From: Flectonema sp. DT1601
Taxonomy: Eukaryota
DNA length: 64,000 bases
NCBI GenBank assembly: GCA_964019425.1
Contig: OZ025792.1
Coordinates: forward strand, 1,302,001 to 1,366,000
Reading direction: 5' to 3'
Made by a program: the position numbers and the translations under genes. The notes under the pieces were generated by a model. It did no database searches. It was not told the DNA's origin and saw nothing but the letters and a program-made list of their open reading frames with translations. Shown here in pieces: positions 1-12,200 of the stretch (within the stretch, counting starts at the first letter, position 1; the number at the start of each line of letters is the position of its first letter).

Positions 1-966
1 AGCGGATGTTAAATCTGCCTTTGTAGAATCATGAGCACTACGCTGTGATTCAAATGCTTCAGTTGTTTGAATTATGTCATCTCTTAGAGATACCAGTTTT
101 TGTTTAACTCTCGCCATAGCAGACTCATTTGAACCCCTCACAGCAGGTTGAAGACTTGTCTTTGTGTTTAATGTATCAGTCTTTTGAGAGAGTGATTTAA
201 TGGTTGCTTTTTTCTGATCAACTTCTTGAGAATAAATTGCTGTTTTTGAATGGACTTCAGATAAGAATCTTGATAAGGCTGTATCAGCCTGATCATTATT
301 CTCCTTCGGGAGGATGGCTGCTTCAGTGATGGTAGTGGAGCCTCGGGAAATAACCCAAGTTGGAATTGGTATTTTACTTGGCTTTGTACGCTCATTATGA
401 ATATATTGAGTCACCTCGTCCATTATTTGTTTACACGCATTGTAAGAGTCTGGTTCTCTATATCTCTGAGGTGAGAATTGATTACCTTGTTGTGGACTAC
501 TAGGTAACGGTACAGTAGGTGGTGTAACTGTAGACATTGTTGATAAAGGTATAGCTGTCCTACCAACTGGATGATGTGGTGGATCTGTTCCTGCATGGAT
601 TGTGGATTTATTTCCTATCTTTGCTCTCGCAGCCATCAATTCCGTCGCTAAAAAGTTAACGTCACCAGCTAGTCTTCTGACTTGATAGCATTGAGAATAC
701 TTCTCCCAAAGTAATTTTAAATGTTGATTTTCAATACAACCTCTGCCTGACTTCTCTTCAGCAGCAATCCTTCCCTTTCCTTCTTCTGATAATCTACTTC
801 TGAGAATAGCTAGCTCCGCATTCATTACCGAAACTTTCATTTCAGCGCTACTACTTGTTCGTTTTGATAAACCTGCAATTGGGACTGGGTCTGTACTGAA
901 ACTAGTCTTCCGTGAGAATTCAGTTACAGGACTCGTTGGTGTTTCCATCGTACTCGGACTCGTCAT
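1..966 (-). CDS. Hypothetical protein with predicted coiled-coil segments, 3' end runs off the window
   Basis: Read by hand: ATG at 966 opens a frame (MTSPSTMETPTSPVTEF...MKVSVMNAELAILRSRLSEE...STKADLTSA) with no stop down to base 1. It is absent from the ORF track because it lacks a stop. Confidence 0.7.
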   Translation of the reverse strand, partial: MTSPSTMETPTSPVTEFSRKTSFSTDPVPIAGLSKRTSSSAEMKVSVMNAELAILRSRLSEEGKGRIAAEEKSGRGCIENQHLKLLWEKYSQCYQVRRLAGDVNFLATELMAARAKIGNKSTIHAGTDPPHHPVGRTAIPLSTMSTVTPPTVPLPSSPQQGNQFSPQRYREPDSYNACKQIMDEVTQYIHNERTKPSKIPIPTWVISRGSTTITEAAILPKENNDQADTALSRFLSEVHSKTAIYSQEVDQKKATIKSLSQKTDTLNTKTSLQPAVRGSNESAMARVKQKLVSLRDDIIQTTEAFESQRSAHDSTKADLTSA

Positions 967-1592
967 ATTTTATAACTCTTGATAAAAATAAAATTAAAAC
1001 AACTAATGTCACAATGTACGTATTCCAATCATATAAAGTCAACACCGCATGAGCGAAGAAACCAAAAAAAAAATAGGTCACCAGGAGCTCTGTTATACTC
1101 ACACGATGTTGCCGTACGGAGATAAAAAGAGAAGAAAAAATAATTGTTGCAAAAAAACCCGAGATGCATCGAATTTGATGAAACCAAAAAAAAAAAAAGA
1201 AAAAATGCAGCAGGCTGATTGCAGGCTGATTTGGAAAAATAACTAGAGTGGAAGTAATAAAACTAAACAGGCGAGTTCCTCGAATTTAGGTACAAAACCC
1301 GAATAAGAGATCAGCAGTTTTTATAACAGAAAAAGAAAGCAAGCTCTCAAAAGGAATATGCTTGAAACAAATATGTAATATATTTCTTTTTTTTTTTTTT
1401 TTTTTTTTTGTTCTTTTCTAATACTGCGGCTCTCAGATGAGAATAATGCACGCAGGTTTACAAAATATCTTAATTTCATAATCTTGTTAAAAATAGTAAG
1501 AAAAACAAATAAGCAACGCGAATATCTACATAACGAAACTGTTCAGTTTCAAGGCGTGAGTGCAGTAATGATGTGAAGTTATGTTTTAATTT

Positions 1593-3392
1593 TTATGCGG
1601 CAGAGGCCAGGTTGTTTGTTTTCATCTGAGCCATCTTCGCAGCATCAGCAGCCCCATCACCACAAGGAGTAATTCCGTAGTTCTTAACTAAGAAATCAAC
1701 CAGGTTTGGAGTTAAGAAAGCTGGAAGCTTTGGTCCAAGATGTATGTTCTTAATGTCAAGGTGAAGTAGTGTAAGAAGTACAGCTACTGCTTTCTGCTCA
1801 AACCAAGAGACTCCAAAGTGAATTGGTAAATCATTTACAGATCCAGCACCCAAGGCGTCTTTCAAAGCCAAGGCTACCCGGACTGCTCCGTAGGCGTCGT
1901 TACACTGACCGACATCGAGCATACGAGGGATGCCACTGTTCCCAATTTCTCCAAATGGAAGCTGATTAAATCTAAACTTACCACATCCAAGTGTTAATAT
2001 AACTGAGTCTTCAGGAGCAGACTGTGCTAGTTGAGTAAAGTAAGATCTGGTTGATTCTCTTCCATCACATCCTCCAATAACATAAAAGTTTTTAATATCA
2101 CCCGACTTGATAGCATCGACAACAACATCAGCCTTACTGATGATTGTATCGGCACCGAATCCAGTTGTCATCTTACCTTCTGGGTGGGATGCAACTCTCG
2201 AAGGAGAGAATCCATCACACTCTTTAGCAGACTTAATCACTTCAGTATAGTCCTCACCTTCAATATGACGAACTCCTGGCCAACCAACAACTGTTCTGGT
2301 GAATAGTCTTTTCTTGTAAACAGGTTTTGGTTCAATAATACAATTAGTTGTCATCACAATTGGACCTGGGAAGTTAGCGAAGTCTACTCTTTGCTTTTGC
2401 CAAGCACCACCGTAGTGACCCTTAAAGTGAGAATACTTCTGTAGTTCTGGATAACCATGAGCTGGTAACAGCTCTCCGTGGGAGTAGACGTTGATGCCGG
2501 TACCTTCAGTTTGCTTTAAGATGTTAGCAGTGTCGCGGATGTCATGACCAGATACTAAAATACACTTTCCCTCAACTGGATTAGTTGGAACATCCTTTGG
2601 AACTGGAATTCCGTATGAACTGATGTGAGCCTTTTCAAGAAGTGCCATAACCGCCAAGTTAATTTCACCAACTCTCAAAGCAACAGGAAGTAAAGACTCA
2701 ACAGATACTTTTGGTTGACAAATAGCAGACATCACTTCATGAAGACCAGCATAGGTCTCAGAGTCTTCAAAACCCTGAACAGCAGCGTGGTGATTGTATG
2801 CTGCCATACCCTTAGCTCCGTAAGTTATTAATTCAATCAAACTAAAAGTATCCTCATCTACACCAACAGATCTAGCGAGTACTCCAGCAACATCCTCACC
2901 AAGTTCAGTGAGAGTAGTAACATCGTCAACAGAGACCATCCAAGTTGCTGGAGAATTTGGGAATGCGTGCTTTTGACCCCCAACCGACTCGTACAGTTCT
3001 CTGGCTTTTGTACGAATTTGTTCGGCTTTTTTGATAAGCTCGTGGAATCTTTCAGAATCGTTGTTAACATTGGTCATAGTTGCGAAGAGCAGTTCTCCAA
3101 CAAAGACATCAATTTCAGAATCCTTTCCGTTAGTTGGGTCTAACTGTCTTGCAGCATGAGCGTACATACAAATACCCTTAGTGAGGTGAACAGAAACATC
3201 CTGCAGGACTGCTACCTTTGGTCTCTTTCCACACATTCCAATTCTATCACATCCACGTCCTGAGTTAGTTTGTTCGCACTGCATGCAGAACATGATCGGA
3301 TTCTGTTCTCTCATCTCAGCCAAATTCACACAAGTACGTCCCTGGGATCTGATTGCCGCCAAACGGGCTCCGGTTTGCATTGCGCGTCTCAT
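1593..3392 (-). CDS. hcp: Hybrid cluster protein (hydroxylamine/NO reductase, prismane), class I-type spacing, with a putative mitochondrial presequence
   Basis: N-terminal CMQCEQTNSGRGCDRIGMCGK (Cx2Cx8Cx5C cubane motif). Hybrid-cluster motifs SGHD, HGE, TTNC, GGCDG, LGCGK, GQCND and WFEQKA are present. Intronless. The start was moved to the ATG at 3392 (MRRAMQTGARLAAIRS) because the 20 upstream codons look like AT-rich UTR. Confidence 0.95.
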   Translation of the reverse strand: MRRAMQTGARLAAIRSQGRTCVNLAEMREQNPIMFCMQCEQTNSGRGCDRIGMCGKRPKVAVLQDVSVHLTKGICMYAHAARQLDPTNGKDSEIDVFVGELLFATMTNVNNDSERFHELIKKAEQIRTKARELYESVGGQKHAFPNSPATWMVSVDDVTTLTELGEDVAGVLARSVGVDEDTFSLIELITYGAKGMAAYNHHAAVQGFEDSETYAGLHEVMSAICQPKVSVESLLPVALRVGEINLAVMALLEKAHISSYGIPVPKDVPTNPVEGKCILVSGHDIRDTANILKQTEGTGINVYSHGELLPAHGYPELQKYSHFKGHYGGAWQKQRVDFANFPGPIVMTTNCIIEPKPVYKKRLFTRTVVGWPGVRHIEGEDYTEVIKSAKECDGFSPSRVASHPEGKMTTGFGADTIISKADVVVDAIKSGDIKNFYVIGGCDGRESTRSYFTQLAQSAPEDSVILTLGCGKFRFNQLPFGEIGNSGIPRMLDVGQCNDAYGAVRVALALKDALGAGSVNDLPIHFGVSWFEQKAVAVLLTLLHLDIKNIHLGPKLPAFLTPNLVDFLVKNYGITPCGDGAADAAKMAQMKTNNLASAA

Positions 3393-3710
3393 TGTTAGTG
3401 TTGAGTGTTGTTTATTAAGCTTTTCATTGAAATATTTTATAAAAAAAAACATAAACTACCCAACCAATAATACACCATGCGTACCTTATACAGTAAACCA
3501 TATACCTGACGGATGGGAATATAATGTACTAACGTAAAGCAATCACCACATCTAATTAATAATAATAATAATATCTAGGAAGTATTCTTTGAGTAAAGAA
3601 AGGCACTTGATGGCTGTAAAGCCATTCGTATGCGTAAAATTTAAACAAAAAAAAATAAATAAATAATAACCACACAGGAACTAACTAAAAGTTGAAAAAC
3701 AATAGAAATC

Positions 3711-6700
3711 TCAGGGTGTGGATAGATTTTGACCAATACTCATCATCGATAATGTTACTGAAGTAGTTTGCACAGATTCTTTAGAAGGTAAGAACGACGA
3801 GTCTACTGGAGTGTAGCTCAGTATCTCAATCTCTGAAACAGATAAAACCATATCGATATTCGTGATACTCGCAGTATTAGTCTTCCTAACAACAACAACA
3901 TTACCGTACATTGGAGATACTGGTTGTACTGAAATAACACTGGGACCTCCATCAACATTACCTGGGTTCTGAACAGTTGATGTCCATACAGTGAATGTAT
4001 TAAAAAGTATAGTGACTGAGATATCTCGTAGTCGGCTCTTACAACAATCTAATCTGTTATAAATATTTATTGAATGTAAATGCATTCCAACAGGTAACTG
4101 AATACTTATCCATGGTGATGTGTCTTGATTCGGAACCATACTTTCTGTCATTGTATATTCCAAGACATCAGTTGGGCAAACTTTTCTGTTAATTGCGATG
4201 GCTGCACTGCAAGTTTTACAACCGGCTGCGATTGAACTCTGATTTGTCTTTCCAACCCACGCGACATTATAAAGAAAAATATCATCGTCTGGTTCAAAGG
4301 GAGGATACTGAGGAGCAAAGACTGGTGGCAGTACTGGTGCCTGAACCACAGCAACCACAGGAGCAGGTGTACTAGCGACATCATAAGAGAATAGCTCCAC
4401 TTCAAGAATATTTAAAGTAAGGATCATACCGTGACCGGGGACGGGGATATTATTTTCTAAAAATTCTAAATTTTTGAATATTTTAACCTCGTCGGCGACT
4501 ATGAGAAGTTTACTGAAATCAGAACGGAGGTAGACTGGACCCCTGTCCTTGTCGTTAGGATTCAAAAGAGGAGATCTAAATATGACAACATCATCTCTGT
4601 ATGCGATGAACGTTATGTTAACAAAACGATTTCGACAACAATCAATTCTGTTAAAAACCATAATATCACGGAGAGCGTAAGGACGATCAAAACTTAAACT
4701 AAACCACGGATACTGATCAATTGGATTATCATAAGAAGATATAAAACAAGACCCATTTAAAGTCCGATCTCGATCAATCACACTCATCGGAGAACAACTA
4801 ACAGCAGGACAATTACTTGGTAAGCTCGACCAGCTTATACTTGACTGAGGTGCGATGTTTTGAGGTGTTTTTTGTTGTTGTCTTCTAACAAATATCCTCA
4901 TTGGTGGTGGAGTGTCTATTGTGTCATCAACAGCTTCGAATAATAATTTATACACCCCAGCCTTAACTGGATATATATAGTACGAACTACTTGTTTCATT
5001 CGGTGAGAACATGACCGTGTTCGGACTAACGACAACACCGCTCTCTGAAATAATATTAATAGTCACATTGCCTTCTATTGAGTCGCTTAAATTAGCAACA
5101 AACAATTCCCTTTCTCCCAGAAACACGTCATTCTTGCCATACATTGAAACCCATTCTCTACCACCACTGCTTAGAATTACTTTTTTAGGTGAAATGTTGC
5201 TATATTCTCCAACAGCTCCTTTTAGGATTATTTCTATTGGGATTTGATATAAGTGATGTCCTGAGTCGACAGCGAATAAAGGATCAGCAGCTGCAAACAC
5301 AACACTCACATTGCTTTGATTATTTATATCATTTGGGATTGTTATCGTTCGATTGGCAGTGATTCTGAAAGTTTGAATTCGAGTATCGTTGATCGAGAAT
5401 GTTAGTTTTTTTGGATAAAAATCAACTCCAGGAGCAAACAGCTCCACCGTTAATTTATTTCTTTTAGGAGGTGCTGATAACGTAATGGGGATCGGCTCAG
5501 ACAAGTCTTCAAAGTGTAAATGAGGAATCTCTCCAACGATAATATCCTCTGGCAGGTCTCTAGCCATTAGCATACAGACAGTGGCGAAGTTGTCTTGTTG
5601 TAGTCTGGACCAGGGTAACTTTAGTTCTGTTTGGTATATTAAAGAGCAAGACATATTTCCAGGTCTCCACGTATCATGAAGAACACCAACACAAAATGCT
5701 GTTTTTTCACATCGTTTTTTGCAATGAAGTAGTGGTATACCACAGCTGACTGGTTGTTTGCTCATTTTACAATCATCCCATTGTTGTGATGCTGGTTTGC
5801 ATATTCGATCAACACAGACTGTGAGACTATTCGGAAGACATCTACATCGTGATGTCCAGGGATCGACTTCTAGACCTATTTTATTATTATAAGTTTATAA
5901 TGTTTTGTAATATTACAAAACTGTTTTAAAATAATTAAAGCATACCATCATTACAATAAGATCCTGCAGCACCTTCAGGAAGGGATAAATCAACTACTTC
6001 CCCACATTCCATACCGTCAGTTACTAGTTGTGGTGAATATATAACCGTTTCGGTAACTAACTTTGGAGGTTCAATTGGTATAGCAACTTCTACAATGGAT
6101 TGTTCAACTGGTGGTTTTGAGGCTTCGACATCAATATCGATGTATAGCTGAGATATAATTATAAATCCGAATCTACGAAATGCCGAAGAACTAACAGCGT
6201 CACGACCAATATTCATATCGGAGTAGACTGCTGATGTCAGTCGTGAGATTGCATCGATGACTGATACTTCTGTTGGAAGGTTTAAAAACTGAAAGTAAAC
6301 ATTCACTGATCCACCCCAAACCTCCCAAACCAGAACTGAATAATCTGGTACAGCTGCTTCTACAGATATCGCTTCTATGAAAGGAGCTTCACGCCATAAA
6401 GATATGTCTCCCTCGAAAGATAAAAACATAACACTTGAGTTGTATGCTCCGTAAAGAGTAGCTTCAGGTGATTTCTGTCCCCTTGCAAATAAGAAGATGA
6501 ATATCATAACGATTGTCCCGACGAGTATAATTCCAAGTGCGATTCTCGCTCCTATCTTTGCTCTTCCAATACGACCACTTCGGACAGCTACTCTGTCTGA
6601 TATGATAGGCATGAATCCTCTGGTGTCTTGAAAATTGTCAGCTCGTTGCATCAAACCTTTTCCTACTCCAAGTGATTCTTTATTATAATTATCGATATCT

Positions 6701-6804
6701 ATGTCGTTCATTTCAACTACAGACTTCTCTGTGACAGCACTGCAACTAGCGCTACGTCCTCTGTCACTAATAGCGGTCGACGTGTTTCTGGTTTGTTGTT
6801 GCAT
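3711..6804 (-). CDS. Type II membrane protein with two F-type lectin (fucolectin/FTP-like) domains; 2 exons, about 1007 aa
   Basis: ORFs 5935-6804 and 3711-5765 join in frame through a GTATGC...TAG intron at 5945-5876. One hydrophobic TM segment (IALGIILVGTIVMIFIFLF). Motifs PWFSL...NRIDCCRNRF...LEVELF and PWISI...NRLDCCKSRL...SEIEIL. Confidence 0.8.
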
Positions 6805-9245
6805 TGATAAGGACTTCTTATTCTGTGGAAAAATTTAATAATAATATTTCAAAAAAAAAAAGATGTCGGAATTAATTATCGTCAGCAGAGTTATCTTTTC
6901 ATTTATCTTCCATCCTGTAGACAATAATAAAAGTAACTAAATAATAAAAATAATATCATTTCTGTCGCACAACTCACTAGCAACTTTTTTTTTTTTTTTT
7001 TTTTGCTACATCGTTGGAGGGGAAAAACAGTAATGTGATGTATCCTGTTTGCTTTACGGCTTTTTATCAAGTGCACTTCGTGGAGTAAATTACTGTGAGC
7101 TCCTCTCTCACCTTTATTGAACTTCTACTGATTGCAGAAGGTACCCAAAAAGGTCGGCATCAACGGGGGAAATAAAAAGCCAAAACAACGGTCCAGGGGG
7201 AGGGGTCGAAAAGGGCTTGGGAAATGTGGGTTACGAAGCCTTGTAAGAAAAGAAGATAAAGCGGCTGTTTCGTTCTTGGCATAGTTAAATTCGGATTGTT
7301 TCATTTTTTTTTTTCTCTCGCTTTCTTTCAGACTAATGGAATTCACATCAAATCAGGCAACAAGCTCTTAACGAGGTAGTTACCAAATTCGAATTGTGTA
7401 CTCACGAAGCTTGTTCTGCATTCGTTCTTTTCTATTGCCATTTATGCTGCATTGGAGGCCAGAAAGCACCCCAGGCATGAGGTCTGAATTTCGATTTTTT
7501 TTTTTTTTTTGAAAACTCTCTAGAGAGAAAAATACTACCGACTTCAAACTTTATAGACAGAAATTGTTTTACTACTAACAATCAATTAAAAAGAAAATTT
7601 GGGAAAGCTATTTTTATACAACAGGACCGGAACACGCAGACTGTCGCCAGAACAAGCCCAGGACCAACTGCATGCTGTATCATCGGAATTAAAGATCACT
7701 AGACGTTCTGTTTAGGGACTTATGAAGTTTTGCTCTGAAAAATGGAAAAAAGAAATTTTTTTTTTTTTTTTTTTTTTTATTCCTCTGTATGTTAACGCAT
7801 TTCTTAAAGTTTTCCGTTGAGCATGATGAACCAAAAACGTACGGGTTTGTTTTTTTTTTCTTGTTTTGTTTTTGTTTTTTTGTTTTTTCTTGACCTACAG
7901 ACCCCCTATTTGTAATAAATGAAATAACACCAAACGTGTCCAAGTCACTGCTGAGGAAAGGATCTGTGAAAACCATCACTGAGATGGATGCTGCTTATAG
8001 CAATCGAGTAATAAAATCACTTTAAAAGATTATTTTTTTTTAAAAGAAATTCGAACACAGAAGGAAGAAGTGAACCTCCCGAGTTGCCAAACATCATTTT
8101 CTGCAAAAGAAGCCAGACGGAGTCAAATAGGGGACACACAGAAATGTCCAAACGTGGGGGGAAAAGACACAAAAAAAAAAAAAAACACCAACGTGCAGGT
8201 TCTTGCAGGAAAATACTCATCAGTTTTCCCCAATAAGCTTTTTCTTAGGTAATATATCGGTAACAGCGAGAAGTGAAGTTGGCTTGACAACAACAGACAG
8301 AGTGGTCGGAGAACCAACCGAATGCGCAACCAACACCAAAGCAAAGTGCTGTCGAAAAGTAACGTAACGGAGTGAGGAAGAAAAGCCTTTAAAGGTTTTT
8401 TTTTAAATTTCTTCTTTCATTATTTCGTTCTACTGTTTGCTTTTTCTTTTTTTTTTTTTTGAAAATCGGCAGGCTGATCATCCTCTTAGCCGTGAATCCA
8501 TTACAACAGGTATCACTGCACTTTTCTTTTTTTGGTTTACTTTTTGTGCCTTGGAAGGAATAATAATAATTTAAAAAAAAAAAAAAAAAATTAAAAAAAA
8601 AAAAAAAGAAACATAATAATAATCAGACTAGTCAAAGTCAGCGGGTTTCCAAAATTTTCTTTTTTTTTTTCTTGTTTTTTTTTTTTTTTCTCTTGACCTT
8701 CTTCTTCCATTATTCCCCTGACGTGTCAAAAAAACAAAATTTTCAAATGATAGTTGCACGCCAACATCCGAAGTAAGATTCCATAAAAAGAACGATCAAA
8801 AAGTTCGTAACATAACGGACAGTTTTTTCTTTTTTTTTTTTTTTTTTTTTCCCCCGAGAAGGGGAATATGTATTTAAAAAGAGACGTAAGAAAAGGTATT
8901 CCGGGGTGGGATGGGACGTTGATGCCAACCATTGAGCTAACTGTATCCTTCGACTCTAAGCAACCAGTAACCTATAGTACTACCAGGGAGGTTCTTGATA
9001 GTGTAGTCAGCTGTATGCCATGCAGGTATGGAAGGGGGAATGGAGATTCACATCACAAGAAGAAAAAAAACTTTGGGCTGGGGGAAACATATCATAAAAG
9101 AAAAAGAAGTGGGGGGAAAGGAGCCCGAGTAAAACTATTGTGCAGCCAGCCTCGGCGAGTTCCAGCCGAAGGAATACTGGGCGAAAAGAAAAATTTCCAC
9201 ATAAAAAACAGCTTCCTCATAACAGAGGAACTGACGATTCGTCGC

Positions 9246-12200
9246 CTAGAGTTCAGCAGCCAAACGAGCTTCCAGCGTTGTCATCGTACGCAATTCAGAC
9301 TTCGATTGGGTAACCTTTGTTTTTCTTTGTCTTGGTGCATACATCGAGTGAACCTTGACATATACAGCACAGTTTCTTGACGTACGGAATGGCCAATCAT
9401 CTCCATCAGAAATAGGATGGTTGAGAAGAGACAACTGAACTTGTTCACTTGGTCCTTGGAACATATAAAAACTCTTAATGCAGCTTCTAAATTCGGCTAC
9501 GGAATTAAACTTTTCGGACTTTACGAAGTTGATAACCTTCCCGTCACCATCTGTGAAGTAAACATCTTCTGTCTGAAGATCATCAAATTCATTACGAGGG
9601 TCTAACTCCATCTCTTCAGGTGTTAGTGATGAGCTGCTGCTTTCTAGAACCATTGGACCATAAGCACCAGTGTTAAACCTGCTGATGTCACCTGCCTTTG
9701 CTTTTGGTGGTGGCCCGTGTTGTGGATTATGCCATCCATGAATAGGATTACTACCAGGTTCCATTTGTTGTCTTGACTTATTCCATGATGAGGTCAGACC
9801 CGATGGGGTCTTAGACAACCTTGCAGATAATTGTAAACCAGAAAACGAACGAGTGGCATCAGTGAATGATCCCTTTCTACTAGTAGCAGGAGGTGCTAAT
9901 AAAGTAGGAGATAGTAAGTCAGCAGGTGGTGGTGGTGGTGGAGGAGGAAGTGGTAATTCAGTAACAGACGCTCCAACTCCCTTTGAAGGACTCTCAATTA
10001 CGTTCATCATATTTACTCTGTTACCATTTACATTTGGATCAGTCACCTGACACATTTTATTACTAAACAATATTGGATCTGTGTTGGTACCAGCATCAGC
10101 TACTATTCTACCTAGACATTCATCTTCTTGAATCATGTTGGACTTGTCAGCGACGTAGGTGCTGTCAGTTGGGTTCTTTTTGTATTGTTGACCGTCTAAC
10201 AGCTCACCTAGGAATCGGAATCCTTCCTTTATTGATCTGAATATCAACATAATGATTCCGAATATGAATTGCATTAAACCAATCATGACTGCTAACAACT
10301 GTCTGGCTAATAGATAATAAGGAAATCCCCACATGTACCTCTCGTTGCTGTCACGTAGTAGAAGAACAAGACAACGTTCACGCTGGCTGTCTAACTCTCT
10401 TGATCCTTCTTCTAATATCCATTTCCTGTTTGTTATTTATTGTTATATCTGTTGTTGAAACTTTTAAAGAAGAAAAACAAATCAAAAATTGCATACTTTC
10501 TTCTCAAGATGTAAGGACCAAACGCAGCCCAGAAACTAAATTGGAGATCAATTGCCACGTGAAGTAGAGCGTATGTCATAACTATGGTTGGGTAGAATAT
10601 ATTGTCAACCTGTTTTGTTTTTATTATTGTGAAAAAATACACTTTAAGGTGGTTGATAGTTAAGATAAGACCAGAGTAATAAATACAAACCCGAATCATC
10701 TGAATGAGTCTGAAAATAATAAAAACGGCAATCCCTCCTCTAGCGACCAACGTCACCGGTCCGATGTTTGAGATAGTTAAGAAGTAGTCCCATGTCATAG
10801 CGAGTACCATGTAGAATACTTCCCAAGTAATATCCTGTTGTGAGTTTTTTTTTTTTTTTTTTTTTCCCTGTAGCAATAGCATTACGACAAAAGGGTATAA
10901 ATCACAAACCTGCCACAGGGAGAAGTATGCGAACAACCAAAGACCTGTCATACAACATGAGAACAGGAATCCAGTTGGAGTAGAACATCCTCTAAATCCT
11001 AAAATGATAGAAACCTTCCAATGATGTTTAAGAGAGTTAGATTTAACGATTGACTTGTCTTCAGTAGAGTCCTGAAACTCAACCTTGAACTCACGTCTAG
11101 TGTTGTGTAGAACAGTAAGAGCAGCCATCTTTTCAGCTTCGTCTTTCTTTGATAAGTATCCTCTACGTCCCTTTGTTAACTGATGCTGAATATGACGAAG
11201 TTCTCTATGACGAGCTCTGTTGATATCAACAACAGCTCTACCAATTCCGTAGTCAGCATGTCCAGCTTCTTCTCCATCAGCTTTGTGATAACAAACAACA
11301 AATTGAACGAAATCAATTTCACGTAATCCTAACCCAAGAAGAAGTTCCTGACAGTCTCTATCCTCAACGACCTTTCCGAGCATTATGAAACCCTTTTGCA
11401 TTGTCTTCCAGTCAATTGTTTTTGCTGGTGATCTGTCTGGTAGTATCGCTCCAACAATTGGAGTTCCATTTAAAGACTTAAACACCTTGAGGAACTTTTC
11501 GAGTTCGGCTTTTTGCTTTTCAATTTTACAAAGCCAGTCGTAGTCAAGATCCATCTCTTCGAGTTCTTTGGTCTTTTCAGTTTCAGCAACAGTAGCAGTG
11601 TCGGCCTTTAGTCGTTGTGTTAATAAAGTTTTACCACCGTCCATTGATGAAGGACCTAGTCGATCACCTCTTGCAGTTCTGTAACCAGCAGCTGTTCCTC
11701 TAGCGTTATTTAATCTATCGATTGTTAAGACTGGAACATTCGACGGTCTGTCGTGTGATGCTGAGGCATCTTCTCTTCTTGATTCTCCAAACAGAGAACC
11801 ACTGCTCTCAGTAGAATCCTCAATAGGTGTACTTGCATAAGTGCTATTACGCATTAAACCATGCGCTGTATGTTTGTTCTGACCTCTCTTCTGCTTACCA
11901 GATCCTGCCACAGATAAGACATGCTCTGATTGCTCTCTTCTAATACCTTCTAACATCTGCATTGAACCAGCTCCTGAAGTTTCACTTTCGGCACCCATCG
12001 AAGCGTTCTGTGTTTTGTGTTTATTTATTGGGTTTTGCTGTTTCGATATAAAACAATGTGAGCACTGCATCAAAAAAAAAAGTTTTTTAAAAAAAGAACT
12101 ACATACGTGGGTTCTGACTCCCTTTGTACGTGCATTAGACTTTGCTCTGGACATGTCACCCTTTGGACCGCTGGAGTGAGCATCGCTGCCAAAGCCGTGG

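Noticed and set aside
6805..9245. Short ORFs rich in poly-K or poly-F here and in other intergenic regions
   Set aside because: They are translations of A/T homopolymer runs with no protein-like composition.
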